DNA of 46,725 bases from positions 1 to 46,725 of the IMG/VR virus record IMGVR_UViG_3300046062_000033; one strand, written 5' to 3'. The position numbers were made by a program, and so were the translations under genes. The notes below the pieces were generated by a model that had not been told where the DNA came from, did not search any database, and saw only the letters and a program-made list of their open reading frames with translations. Every line of letters begins with the position of its first letter. Within the stretch, counting starts at the first letter, position 1. Positions 7,910 to 17,832 of this stretch are shown here, in pieces. Source of the stretch: a virus (taxonomy: Duplodnaviria > Caudoviricetes).

Positions 7910-10663
7910 ATGGCCCGTTTTGCGAACTTGATTAAGGGACTGACGTCGCCGTTCGTCGACGACGCCGACCCGGATTCGGCCCGAGAAAAGCGTACCCGGG
8001 TTCGGGATCGGCGGCGGTCGCGGTTCAATTCGGCCGACCGGGCCGACAAGGGTGAACGGGGGCAAACGCGGAAGGACGAACACGGCGGCGTCGACCGGAC
8101 GGTGACGGTCAACCGGGACGTTCGCGAATCGATCGGGGGGAACGTCCGGTCGAAACCGTACGACCCCGTGTTCTTGCGCGATATTTCGGCGAACGCGGTC
8201 GTGCAGGCGTACGTCGACACCCTCGCCCAGGACGTCGCCGGGGCGAACTGGTCGATCAAACCCCGGGACGAAGACGCCGACATTTCGGACGAAGCCCTCG
8301 CGTCGGTCGAACGCCGCCTCCGGGACCTCCCGCCGGGGAGCGAAACGTTTCGAGACCTGCTCGAATCGACGACGCGGGCCCTGCTCGAATTAGGTGACGC
8401 CGCCCTCGTCAAGCACTACTACGAAGCCGACCCCGGGCGGGTCGCGGAACTGATACCCGTCGATTCGGCGTCGATGTTCAAGCTCGTCGACGAACACGGC
8501 CTCACCGAAGGGTTCGTCCAAATCTCCCGGCGGGACGGCACGACGCACGACGACTTCCGCGTCGACGACGTCGTGTGGGTCGAATGGTCGTCCCGCTCCG
8601 ACCGCTTCTACGGACAAGGCCCGCTCGAAAAAGCCCAAAACGAAGTCGAACTGATCGAAGAACTGGCCGAAAAGGAACGCTTGGACCTCTTGCAGGGCGG
8701 GCCGCCGGGCGTGCTGTCGCCGGAAGCCCTTGACGAGTACGGCGGCCTGCCGAACGACGAGGATTGGGACACCTTCGTCGAAGGGATGCGGTTGGACGAA
8801 GGGGAGCGGCACCGCGTCGGCTACTCGAAGACGCCCGTACAGTTCGAACCGATCAACGGGACCTACCAGGAACTACAAATCCTCGACCGGTCGAAATATT
8901 GGGTGACGGTGATCGGGTCGGTCTTCAAAGTGAACCCGTCCTACGCCGGCTTCGACTTCGAGAACGTCAACCGGGCGACCGACGAATCACAACGGGCGGC
9001 CTACCAGCAACGCGGCTTCCGCGTCACCCTTCGACAGTTAGAAGAATCACTTAACGAAGGATTGATTTGGGCGGATTATTCGGACGATATCAAGTTCGAA
9101 TTCGAACAGGAACAGACGATCGGCGAGAAGGCCGACCGGGCGGGGCTACTGGAATCGCAGGCGACCGCCGGGCAGGAAATGGCCGACGCCGGCCGCGACG
9201 TCGCCTACCGCGACGGCCGGGTGGTCGTCGAGGACGGCGCGATCGAAGCGCCGGACGACAGCGTCGGGGGCGGATTGTTCGGTAGTGTCGACGCAACCCC
9301 AGGGGTTGACGCCGGGGAAACGGGGTCGCGGAAGGACGACGACGGGGTGCGACTGCACGTCCCCCAGGGCGGGATCGCCCATAGCGACGACGGCGATTGG
9401 ACGGGGTTTCTCCGTGACGTCGCCCGTGCCGGCGGCCGGATCATCGACACGAAGGGGTTCGACAACGGGAGCGACCGCGTCTATCCGCCGGCCGAACCCG
9501 ACCCGCACGACCCGCGCATGGTCGTCTACGGCTTGGACGAAACCGACGTGCTGTCGGTCTTGGACCGGCACCCGGACGTGCACCTGCGGATCAACACCGA
9601 CGCCGACTCGAACGTGAAAGCGAAGGCCACGGCCGACCCGGACGCCGCGCGGAAGGCGGTGACGGTCGATGCGGTGTGTCTCCGGGCGTTCGAACGCCAA
9701 ATCGTGCCGCCGTCGGTCGCGGCGATCGAAAAGGACGCGTGGACGTCCGACGAGGACGTCCCCGAGTACGTCGTCGACCACATCGAAACCGTCGTCGACA
9801 CCGACGGCGTGTGGGACGACTTCAAGTCGCTTCCCGGCCGGGTCGCCGACGTGATTCAGGGCACGCTCAAGGACGCCCTGACGCAACCGCAGGGATGGTC
9901 GTTAGATAGCATGGTCGACCGGATGGCCGACGAACTCCCGCGTGCCGACCCGGACGACCTCGAAACGATCGCCCGCACCGAATCGGCGTCGGTACTGAAC
10001 GACGCCCGCGAGGACGGCTATCGCGACCGGGGATTGGACGACGCCCTGTTCTATTGGCAAGGGCCGAGCGATAGCCGCGAGACGGACGCGTGTGAAGACC
10101 TGAAAGACGAGACGAACCCGTCGTACGGCGGCGACCCGGTACCGCTATCGGAACTTGTCACGAAGGAGCGGAACGTGCACGCTGAATATTTCGATAACTT
10201 ATCGTTCCGCAAGCACGTGATCCATCCGAACGAACGGCACACGTTCGTCCGGGCGACCGGCACCGGCACCGACATAGACGTCGACGTCGACGTGCCGTCG
10301 GCCGAGGAGCTACAGGACGACTTCGACAGCGACGACGCCGCCGTCGACCCCGTCGAACTGTCGGCGAACGACGACACGGGGCACGACGACCGGTATCACG
10401 ACGTCGTCACGCGGGTCGCCAAGGCCACGGACCCGACCCGGCGAATGCGGGAAGTCGAACGGGCGGTCGGTGGCTACATCCCGTCGATCCTTCGGGAATG
10501 CCTCGAAGCGTCGGGCGGGTCGAAAGAAGGCGCGCTTCGCGAACTGAACCGTCGGCTCCGGGACGCCGACGGGTACGACCACGACGAACACGGCGAGGTG
10601 TCGAAGCCGACGTTATACGAGTGGGCTGGGCGGTACGACACGCACGTCGACCACCTCACCTAA
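7910..10663 (+). CDS. Portal protein fused to a MuF/SPP1 gp7-like head morphogenesis domain
   Basis: N-terminal ~440 aa is portal-like (LELGDA, LIPVD, FYGQGPLE, IGSVFKVNP). MuF motifs TIARTE, DSRETDAC and HPNERH follow, then a C-terminal HTH-like extension. Confidence 0.88.
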   Translation: MARFANLIKGLTSPFVDDADPDSAREKRTRVRDRRRSRFNSADRADKGERGQTRKDEHGGVDRTVTVNRDVRESIGGNVRSKPYDPVFLRDISANAVVQAYVDTLAQDVAGANWSIKPRDEDADISDEALASVERRLRDLPPGSETFRDLLESTTRALLELGDAALVKHYYEADPGRVAELIPVDSASMFKLVDEHGLTEGFVQISRRDGTTHDDFRVDDVVWVEWSSRSDRFYGQGPLEKAQNEVELIEELAEKERLDLLQGGPPGVLSPEALDEYGGLPNDEDWDTFVEGMRLDEGERHRVGYSKTPVQFEPINGTYQELQILDRSKYWVTVIGSVFKVNPSYAGFDFENVNRATDESQRAAYQQRGFRVTLRQLEESLNEGLIWADYSDDIKFEFEQEQTIGEKADRAGLLESQATAGQEMADAGRDVAYRDGRVVVEDGAIEAPDDSVGGGLFGSVDATPGVDAGETGSRKDDDGVRLHVPQGGIAHSDDGDWTGFLRDVARAGGRIIDTKGFDNGSDRVYPPAEPDPHDPRMVVYGLDETDVLSVLDRHPDVHLRINTDADSNVKAKATADPDAARKAVTVDAVCLRAFERQIVPPSVAAIEKDAWTSDEDVPEYVVDHIETVVDTDGVWDDFKSLPGRVADVIQGTLKDALTQPQGWSLDSMVDRMADELPRADPDDLETIARTESASVLNDAREDGYRDRGLDDALFYWQGPSDSRETDACEDLKDETNPSYGGDPVPLSELVTKERNVHAEYFDNLSFRKHVIHPNERHTFVRATGTGTDIDVDVDVPSAEELQDDFDSDDAAVDPVELSANDDTGHDDRYHDVVTRVAKATDPTRRMREVERAVGGYIPSILRECLEASGGSKEGALRELNRRLRDADGYDHDEHGEVSKPTLYEWAGRYDTHVDHLT

Positions 10664-10668
10664 GGGAT

Positions 10669-12135
10669 ATGTCGAACGAAAACGAAGTCGAACGGCACGA
10701 CCGGATGCTTCGCGGGCCGACGGACCTCACCGGCGCGCTGAACACGGCGGAGTATATCGCCCAGTTCACGATTCAACCCGGCGGCAAATACACCGATCGG
10801 GGGTTCGACACTCAATCGGTCTGGTATTCGGACAACGGCGGCGCGGTGTCGTCGCTCAAGCCCGACGCGACGCTGGCGGAACTGTCGACCGACGCGTCCC
10901 AGGCGGATTCGACGGTCGCGATCGAATCGCCGACGCTCGTCTATCGGCCGGGGACGGAACTGTCGGCGTCGGCGGGCGTGTTCGTCGACGTCATGCCGAC
11001 CGGCGACGCGACGTATGAAGTGCTGTACGGCCGCGAACCCCGAACGATCGCCGACCCGTACACGGGCGAGTTGGTCGCCGTCGGCACGGAATACGGCGGC
11101 TTCCGCATGGTCGCCGACGCGTCGACCGACCGCGACGTCGACCTCGAATTCGTCGTCGGGAGCGACCGCGACGGCGACGGCGACCCGACCGAAGTCGTCG
11201 TCCCGGTCACGGCCGGCGAGTGGGGGTCGGAAGACTTCGTCGGGACGTTCGACGAATCCGACGCCGGCGGCCCGAGGGGTCGGGCGTACGGGATCGATCC
11301 CCTCGATGGGGACGGCCGGTCGAACATCGACTTCGACCCGTCGGACGGCTACGTGTTCGGGATCGACGTCGGGTGGTACGCCCCGACGGCGATGGTGCCG
11401 TACGTCGTGAAAACGACGGACGTCGGCGGCGACTGGAAACAGCGGCGACACCCGCTGTTGATCTTCGACCCGGCCGACGGCCCGACGATACAGCGGCCGA
11501 ACCAACCGATCCGCGTCGTCGCCGATAACGGGTCGTCGGGCCAGGCATTGTCGGCGCGACTCGGCGGTCGGGCGGGGGCGTATCGCGGTGACGTCGACGT
11601 GCAAACGCGGCCGGACGCCCACACCGTCACCGGGCAAACGATCGCCGCCACGGGCGGCGTGACGGGGACGGAGGGCCTGGGCTGGTATGTCGTCGCGGTC
11701 GTGAAACCGGCCGCGACCGATCCGGACGCGATTATCTCCCCTGAAACCCCGACGTTTTCGGGGGATAATCAGGCCGTCGCGATGGTTCGGATCGTCGACG
11801 AATCGTCGATTAGCGGCACGATCGAATACGACGAACCGTCGAACATGGCGCGGCAGGACGTCGCGTTCGCGATCGACGCGAAGTCGGATACGCCCGACCG
11901 GCTGTCCCTGGGGACCTCGACGATCGACGGCGAGGCGAAGTTCGACGGCGTGAAGACCGGCGAAGGATTGATCGCGTCGGGCGGCGGCGGGATCGGGTCG
12001 GAAGCGCTCACGACGCCCGATAACGTCTTCGGCTTCCCGATCCCGCGCGACAACGTCTTCGTCGTCATGGCCGCCGCACGGACGACGTCGGACGTCGCGT
12101 TGGACACGTCGATCCGCGTGATCACGTCGGGGTAA
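10669..12135 (+). CDS. Putative virion structural protein (beta-rich, 488 aa)
   Basis: Lies between portal and protease; Gly/Thr/Asp-rich; ATG 5 nt after the portal stop. Confidence 0.65.
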   Translation: MSNENEVERHDRMLRGPTDLTGALNTAEYIAQFTIQPGGKYTDRGFDTQSVWYSDNGGAVSSLKPDATLAELSTDASQADSTVAIESPTLVYRPGTELSASAGVFVDVMPTGDATYEVLYGREPRTIADPYTGELVAVGTEYGGFRMVADASTDRDVDLEFVVGSDRDGDGDPTEVVVPVTAGEWGSEDFVGTFDESDAGGPRGRAYGIDPLDGDGRSNIDFDPSDGYVFGIDVGWYAPTAMVPYVVKTTDVGGDWKQRRHPLLIFDPADGPTIQRPNQPIRVVADNGSSGQALSARLGGRAGAYRGDVDVQTRPDAHTVTGQTIAATGGVTGTEGLGWYVVAVVKPAATDPDAIISPETPTFSGDNQAVAMVRIVDESSISGTIEYDEPSNMARQDVAFAIDAKSDTPDRLSLGTSTIDGEAKFDGVKTGEGLIASGGGGIGSEALTTPDNVFGFPIPRDNVFVVMAAARTTSDVALDTSIRVITSG

Positions 12136-12174
12136 CTGTCCGGCATATTTATCCCGTTCGCGTCGGAATGGGCG

Positions 12175-12318
12175 GTCGGCGGGTCACCCCGTCAGGTCGG
12201 TCGCGGGTGTCGTCGTAGGGTTCGCACCAACCTCACGTCCCGCGCCGCGTCGTCGTCGGGCGCCGGTCGACACACGGGCCGGCGGTCGATGCACACGCTT
12301 CGACCACTTCCCCCTTTC
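12175..12318 (+). ncRNA. Candidate structured non-coding RNA
   Basis: TTTAT box at 12148, several GC stems (two with ACAC-containing loops), a pyrimidine tract at the end and no credible ORF. Confidence 0.3.
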
Positions 12319-12423
12319 ACATTGTCCGTGTAGACGACCGTGTAGCCGTCAGGCGGTCAGTATCGGGGAGATTACACTAAAGGGACTTCGTCCGTAACGT
12401 GTTCGGGAGGGTCGGCTAACAGG

Positions 12424-13968
12424 ATGGGCGACGACGAACGAACCACAAGCAAACCGTTCACGGGGCCGGACGGCCAAACCTTCGAGGACTTCGACGCGTG
12501 CGTTCGCACGTTCGAGGACGAAGACGGTATCGACGACCCCGACGCGTTCTGCGCGTGGTTACAGGACGAAGGCAAAGACGCTCTTAGCGACCCGAACGCC
12601 GAAGAAGTGTTGACGACGCTGGAAGTCGAATTCGTCTCTCCCGTCGACGAACCCGCCCAGGATTCGGAATGGTTGATCGCCAAGGACGCCGAAGGTCCCG
12701 ACGGGGAAACCCACCGGTGGCGGACCGACGCGACGCTGTACGTCCGCAAGGACCGCGACGGCGGCGAGGTGAAGCAAGTCGCGTTCGCCCCGGTGTTGAT
12801 CCCCGAAGAAGCCGACAAGCAAGGCGACGTCGTGCCGACGCCGGCGATCGAAGACGCCGCCCACACGTACCTGTCCGAATACCGGAAGGTCGATTCGGAT
12901 CACGACCTCCGCGACGGGAAGGGCGTGCCGGTCGAATCGTGGACGCTGAAACACGACACGACGTTCGACCGTCCCGACGGGAGCGAAAGCCGCGAATACC
13001 CCGAAGGCACCTGGGTGATGGGCATCAAGTTCGACGACGCGACGTGGGACCGCGTCGTGTCCGGCGACTTGAACGGCCTGTCGATCTACGGCGGGGCGAA
13101 ACCCGTCGACGTCGACACACTTCTCGGCAAGGGCAGTCGGCCCGGTGCCGACGCGACACCGACGGCGGCCGCGAAGGACGCCGCCGGCGACGCCGACGGC
13201 ACCGACGCCGACGCGACCACACACGATACTGATACCATGGCAACCGACGACGACCCCGACGACACGGGGCACGACGACGAATCGACGACCAAGCAAGAGC
13301 TTTCCGCCGACGCGGTGTCGGGGATGCTCTCGGAATTCCGGACGATGGTCGAAGACGGCAGTCTGTCACAGGACGCGTCCGTCGAAGACTTCGTCCGAGG
13401 GCTCATCGACGCCGGGAACATCGACGAATCGTCGATCACCGGCCTGAGTATGTTCCTGAGTGGCGGGGACACGGACGCCGACGGCGGCGACGCGGCCGAC
13501 GACGACGCGATGTCGGACGACGCCGACGGAGCGGACGACGACGGGATCGACCTCGACGCCGACAAGGCCGCCGACGACGCCGGCGACGGCGACGCGTCGG
13601 ACGACGGCGACGTGCAGAAGTCGGTCGGCGACGCCGACGGGACGTTCGACGACGCGCCCGGGTGGGCGAAGACGCTCAAGTCGGAATTCGACGACCTGCG
13701 CGAACAGGTCGAAGACCCGCCGGACCCCGACCGGATGGCGAACGAAGACGAACTGCACGACCGGATCGTGAAGGACCTCGCCGGCGTCGACGACGCGGAC
13801 GTCGCCCGGAAGGCGATCCGCGAACAGGTCGAGAAATCCGACGACGCGGTCGACGGCGTCGATTACGACGGCATCACGGACGACGAGGACGCCGGCGCGT
13901 CGGCGTCGGACGCAAGCGCCGCCCATTCGGCCGCCGCGAACACGCGGATGGTCGGCGGCGACAACTAG
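12424..13968 (+). CDS. XkdF-like prohead protease fused to an acidic scaffold region
   Basis: EFVSPVDEPA, VLIPEEADKQGD, PVESW, GTWVMG and LNGLSIYG; extremely acidic C-terminal half; directly upstream of the capsid gene. Confidence 0.85.
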   Translation: MGDDERTTSKPFTGPDGQTFEDFDACVRTFEDEDGIDDPDAFCAWLQDEGKDALSDPNAEEVLTTLEVEFVSPVDEPAQDSEWLIAKDAEGPDGETHRWRTDATLYVRKDRDGGEVKQVAFAPVLIPEEADKQGDVVPTPAIEDAAHTYLSEYRKVDSDHDLRDGKGVPVESWTLKHDTTFDRPDGSESREYPEGTWVMGIKFDDATWDRVVSGDLNGLSIYGGAKPVDVDTLLGKGSRPGADATPTAAAKDAAGDADGTDADATTHDTDTMATDDDPDDTGHDDESTTKQELSADAVSGMLSEFRTMVEDGSLSQDASVEDFVRGLIDAGNIDESSITGLSMFLSGGDTDADGGDAADDDAMSDDADGADDDGIDLDADKAADDAGDGDASDDGDVQKSVGDADGTFDDAPGWAKTLKSEFDDLREQVEDPPDPDRMANEDELHDRIVKDLAGVDDADVARKAIREQVEKSDDAVDGVDYDGITDDEDAGASASDASAAHSAAANTRMVGGDN

Positions 13969-13972
13969 GACA

Positions 13973-15178
13973 ATGCGACAGGATTACAACACGGTCACGA
14001 AGGCAAGCACCGCACGGAACGGGACGATCAGCAAGAAGGAACAGGTCGAAGCGCACGCCGCCGCGTTCGGCGACCTCCTACAGACGGTCGCGAAGGAAAC
14101 CGGGCTCCCCGGCGACGAAGTCCTGTACAAGGACTACATGGGGTTCCACACGGGCGGCGACCCGGTCGACCTCGTGTCGAAGATGTACGACGCCGGGTGG
14201 GACGACCGGTTCACCGAATTCAACGCGCTGGTTCGGGACGGCGCCGAAGTGCGGGAAGCGGCGAAAGAAGCGGTCGCGAAGGCGGCCGACACCTCGGGGT
14301 TCAGTCTCCCGATCTTCGTATCGCCCGACGTCACGATCACCGACGCCGAACAGACGCCGGTCGCCGACATGATCGCCCGCGTCGCGACGGACGAAGCGAC
14401 GTACAAGACCGACGAACTCACCGACCACGGGGCGGTCGAACGGTTCTACGAACCCGGCACGAATTCGGGGACCGACGAAACGTGGGTGGATAACGACGAT
14501 TCGTACGCGACGCATTCGTACGACGTCGTCCCGTACGGCCGCCAGACCGCCGTCACCGACTTCTTGCAGCTCGCGACGAACACGCTCCGGTCGTCCCGGT
14601 CGCTCACCGAAGAAGCGCTGATGCGGTCGATCCGGCACTACGAAGAAGCCCAGATGATTCAGGGCACCGGGTCGGTGACGAACGTCGGCGGGAACGACCC
14701 GAACGGCTTCGAGGGGATGTTCGACCTCGCGGCGTCGGGCAACCTCACGGACGAAGGCGGAGCCGGCACGCTCGACGAGTCGAAGGTTCGGTCGGACGTC
14801 CGCACCCTCCGGCGAAACGGCGCCGATTACGACGATATCGTCGCCGTCACCGACCACAAGTCCTTCGAGGACCTGAAGGATAGCGTCGACGACTTCGTCC
14901 GGTATCAGTCGCCGGGCGACGAACTGAACTTCGGGTTCCGGGCGCTGAACATCGACGGCGTGCCGATCGTCGAATCCCACGGGTGTCCGGATTCGTCGGG
15001 CAGTCGGCTGTTCATCATGGCCGATATGTCGACGGTCGTCATGGCGATGCTACAGGACGCGACGCTGCACCCGCTGGCCCGGACGACGCCGCAAGAAGAC
15101 GTCGCGGTCGACTCCTACGGTGTGCTTGCGGCAAGCGCGCCGGACGACCGGATCGTCGGCCGGTACCAGTTAGCCTAA
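13973..15178 (+). CDS. Major capsid protein (HK97 fold)
   Basis: Position after the protease; 401 aa; EEAQMIQG, NGFEGM and GFRALNIDGVPIVES. Confidence 0.88.
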   Translation: MRQDYNTVTKASTARNGTISKKEQVEAHAAAFGDLLQTVAKETGLPGDEVLYKDYMGFHTGGDPVDLVSKMYDAGWDDRFTEFNALVRDGAEVREAAKEAVAKAADTSGFSLPIFVSPDVTITDAEQTPVADMIARVATDEATYKTDELTDHGAVERFYEPGTNSGTDETWVDNDDSYATHSYDVVPYGRQTAVTDFLQLATNTLRSSRSLTEEALMRSIRHYEEAQMIQGTGSVTNVGGNDPNGFEGMFDLAASGNLTDEGGAGTLDESKVRSDVRTLRRNGADYDDIVAVTDHKSFEDLKDSVDDFVRYQSPGDELNFGFRALNIDGVPIVESHGCPDSSGSRLFIMADMSTVVMAMLQDATLHPLARTTPQEDVAVDSYGVLAASAPDDRIVGRYQLA

Positions 15179-15184
15179 CCGACC

Positions 15185-15475
15185 ATGGCCTTCGAACAAG
15201 TCAAAGGCGGCAAGGCGGACCCGACCGGCGACGGTCGGGTGTGGGCCGGCGTGGTCACGCTGTCGACCGGTACGGCGAAGATCAACTATTCGGACGACCT
15301 GCCCGGCGTCGCGAACGACCTGCCGGCCGAACCCGTAATCACGGTGTCGGCGAAAGGGAGCGACGATTACGTGTACGTGTCGGCGACCGGGACGGCGGAA
15401 GCGACGGTGAACGGGTCGGGCGACACGGGGTCGTACGACGTGAACGTGCGGATTCACGAACAGGGAGGGACGTAA
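15185..15475 (+). CDS. Putative capsid cement/decoration protein
   Basis: Small beta-rich protein directly after the capsid gene. Confidence 0.55.
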   Translation: MAFEQVKGGKADPTGDGRVWAGVVTLSTGTAKINYSDDLPGVANDLPAEPVITVSAKGSDDYVYVSATGTAEATVNGSGDTGSYDVNVRIHEQGGT

Positions 15476-15538
15476 CGGCGGGGTCGGCCGGAGGGTGGGT
15501 AGCGAACGGTTAAGCCGGTTGGGTGATGATCGGTGGGT

Positions 15539-15853
15539 ATGCTTTCGGACGCGAATAAAGCCGACGTCGACGTGTCGGCGACGTTCACGGCGGCCCCCGA
15601 CGACGACTTCGACGGCGGCGAGTACGTCGGCGACGACCCGGTTCACGTCACGTTGTTCGTCGCCCGAACCGTCGTCGCCGACCGCGTCGACGCGACCGCG
15701 ATCGCGATGGTCGACGCCGTCACGGCACGCGACGGCTTCGCCGTCGTCGACGTCGACCTCGACGGCTTCTTTCGCGCGCCCAAGGCGGAGCGCGGCAACC
15801 CTGGCGCGACACACTACCGCATCACCGTCACCGCCCGGCGCCGCATCGACTAA
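15539..15853 (+). CDS. Hypothetical protein
   Basis: Acidic ORF with a TTAA box about 30 nt upstream. Confidence 0.55.
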   Translation: MLSDANKADVDVSATFTAAPDDDFDGGEYVGDDPVHVTLFVARTVVADRVDATAIAMVDAVTARDGFAVVDVDLDGFFRAPKAERGNPGATHYRITVTARRRID

Positions 15854-15913
15854 CGGCCGACCTCCCTTCCCCGACCGCGAACACCTTTGTAGTGACAACA
15901 CCGTTCGTCGAGT

Positions 15914-16753
15914 ATGCCCGTCGACACCCGACTGGTCGACACCGACGTCGTCTACGCCGCCCCCGCCGACGTCTTCCGCCACGTTCGAAACAAGAAATAC
16001 GCCGACCTCGAAACCGACCGCACGACGCTATCCCAGGGTGGACTCACCAAAACCGACGTCGACGACCTTCTCACCCAATCGTCCGAACGGTTCGACGCCT
16101 ACACGAAGACGGCCTACCGGACCCGGAAGGCCGTCGACGTCGAAGTCGACGTCGAATTCGGGCACAAGCAAAAGTCCGGACGACACCGCCGACGCCGGAC
16201 GCGCCGCGCGAACCGAACGGCGACCCGGCCGTCGTCGCGGGCGGTCGCGACCCTCCCACACACCCATATCAAGCCGATCGATTCAAACGAAGGCGACGCC
16301 GTCGTCGTCCTGAACGAACGGTCGACGAACGACGTCACCGACGACGACGGCCGAAGCGACGGGTCGTACGTCGTGTCGAACCGGAAGGGCGTCGTTCGCC
16401 CGGACGTCCGGCTATTCACGCCCGTGAGTACGGCCGGGCGGGGCGGCCGGGAACTCGACGACGGGATCGTGAAACTCCGGGTGTCGTACCGCTACGGCTA
16501 CCCGGCCGACGTTACCGATTACACTGGCGGGGCGGACACGTTCGGGGCGTCGACGACGTATGCCGTGTCGACGGAGGTGCCGGGTGACGTCACCGACGCC
16601 GTCGGGCTACTCGCGGCCGCCCGCCTTATCGGGAGCGACCAGTACGGCGAATTGGTGCCGAACGCCGGCGACGACACGCCGAACCTGTCCGACGCCGCCT
16701 CGACGTTCGAATCGCGTGCCATGGCGACGTTCACCAACTACCGGCGGGTGTAA
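15914..16753 (+). CDS. Head-tail adaptor protein
   Basis: YAAPADV N-terminus, RVSYRYG, VPGDVTDAV; neck position. Confidence 0.75.
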   Translation: MPVDTRLVDTDVVYAAPADVFRHVRNKKYADLETDRTTLSQGGLTKTDVDDLLTQSSERFDAYTKTAYRTRKAVDVEVDVEFGHKQKSGRHRRRRTRRANRTATRPSSRAVATLPHTHIKPIDSNEGDAVVVLNERSTNDVTDDDGRSDGSYVVSNRKGVVRPDVRLFTPVSTAGRGGRELDDGIVKLRVSYRYGYPADVTDYTGGADTFGASTTYAVSTEVPGDVTDAVGLLAAARLIGSDQYGELVPNAGDDTPNLSDAASTFESRAMATFTNYRRV

Positions 16754-16755
16754 CC

Positions 16756-17328
16756 GTGGGGACACAACGCGGGACGGCGAACGTCACGGTCGATATCGAC
16801 GAATCGAAGATCGACGAGTTGTTCGACCGGTTGGACGTCGTCGCGGTCGTCGGGTACGGGGCCGAGTACGCCGCCTACGTCGAATTCCCGACGTCGTACA
16901 CGGGGACACAACCGCCGTTCGAACCGCTTCACGAATGGGTTACGCGGAAGTGGGCCGACTTGGACCCCGGCCTGAAAGCCGCCGGACAACAGGACGCCGA
17001 CACGAAGGCGGAAGCACAACGGGCGGTCGCGTGGATCGTCGTCGCGGCGATCGCCGAATCGGGGACCGACGGCGTCTTCTTCTTGAACCGGGGGTTCAGG
17101 GCGGCACAGGACGCCGGCGAACAGTTCCTCGCGGCGTTCGAAGGGAGTGACGACCCCGACGCCGCCCGGAAGGCGATCACCCGGACGGTCGACTTTGCGT
17201 TCGAACAGTCCCAGGATATCGTGGCCGACGAAGCGACCGATCGCGGGACCTTGGTACAGTCGGGGTTTGTTGTCGTCGAACAGGGCGGGTCGACGGTCGC
17301 CGAAGTTGAGGGCAGGGGGAACCTCTAA
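16756..17328 (+). CDS. Neck/tail-completion protein (HK97 gp10-like)
   Basis: VGYGAEYAAYVEF, PPFEPL and DRGTL motifs; synteny. Confidence 0.7.
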   Translation: MGTQRGTANVTVDIDESKIDELFDRLDVVAVVGYGAEYAAYVEFPTSYTGTQPPFEPLHEWVTRKWADLDPGLKAAGQQDADTKAEAQRAVAWIVVAAIAESGTDGVFFLNRGFRAAQDAGEQFLAAFEGSDDPDAARKAITRTVDFAFEQSQDIVADEATDRGTLVQSGFVVVEQGGSTVAEVEGRGNL

Positions 17329-17780
17329 TGACGCAGCCGAACATATCCACAGTCGTAGACGACACGGTGTCGGGCGTCGATAGCGCGTGGGACGCGACGA
17401 ACACGTCGGGGGACAAACCGGTGATCGACAAGGCCGACGAGATCGGAAAGGGCCGGGACCTCTCCGTGTACGATTACGTCGAATTCTCGAAGACGAACCC
17501 GAACGCGATCGAGTATCACGATTTACCGATGAACTCGCAGGATATCGACGCGGCCGTGTTCGCCGAACTGAAGTCGTCGTCGGAAGCCCGTCGCGACGAA
17601 CTGTTCGACGAATTCCGCCGGACGATCGAAGCGAAGAACGACGAACACGGCTTCGTGTATTCGGACTTTGACCGGGTGGTCTTCGCCGACGTGACCTTCT
17701 TGGACGACGGCACGTTTTCGGCGTATCTCGTCGAAGTCACACTCCTATTCGAAGCGCGGGGCCGATCGGTCGAAGTCTAA
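17328..17780 (+). CDS. Putative tail terminator protein
   Basis: Size and position immediately before the tail tube gene. Confidence 0.6.
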   Translation: MTQPNISTVVDDTVSGVDSAWDATNTSGDKPVIDKADEIGKGRDLSVYDYVEFSKTNPNAIEYHDLPMNSQDIDAAVFAELKSSSEARRDELFDEFRRTIEAKNDEHGFVYSDFDRVVFADVTFLDDGTFSAYLVEVTLLFEARGRSVEV

Positions 17781-17832
17781 CGCGACCCCCGGCCGCGAAC
17801 TGTTAAGTCCGGTAGCCGTAATTCAGTAGCAT

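Noticed and set aside
7910-10663. Intein explaining the long portal (or TerL)
   Set aside because: No C/S...HN-C/S/T splice junction pattern or LAGLIDADG motifs were recognised; the MuF fusion accounts for the extra length.
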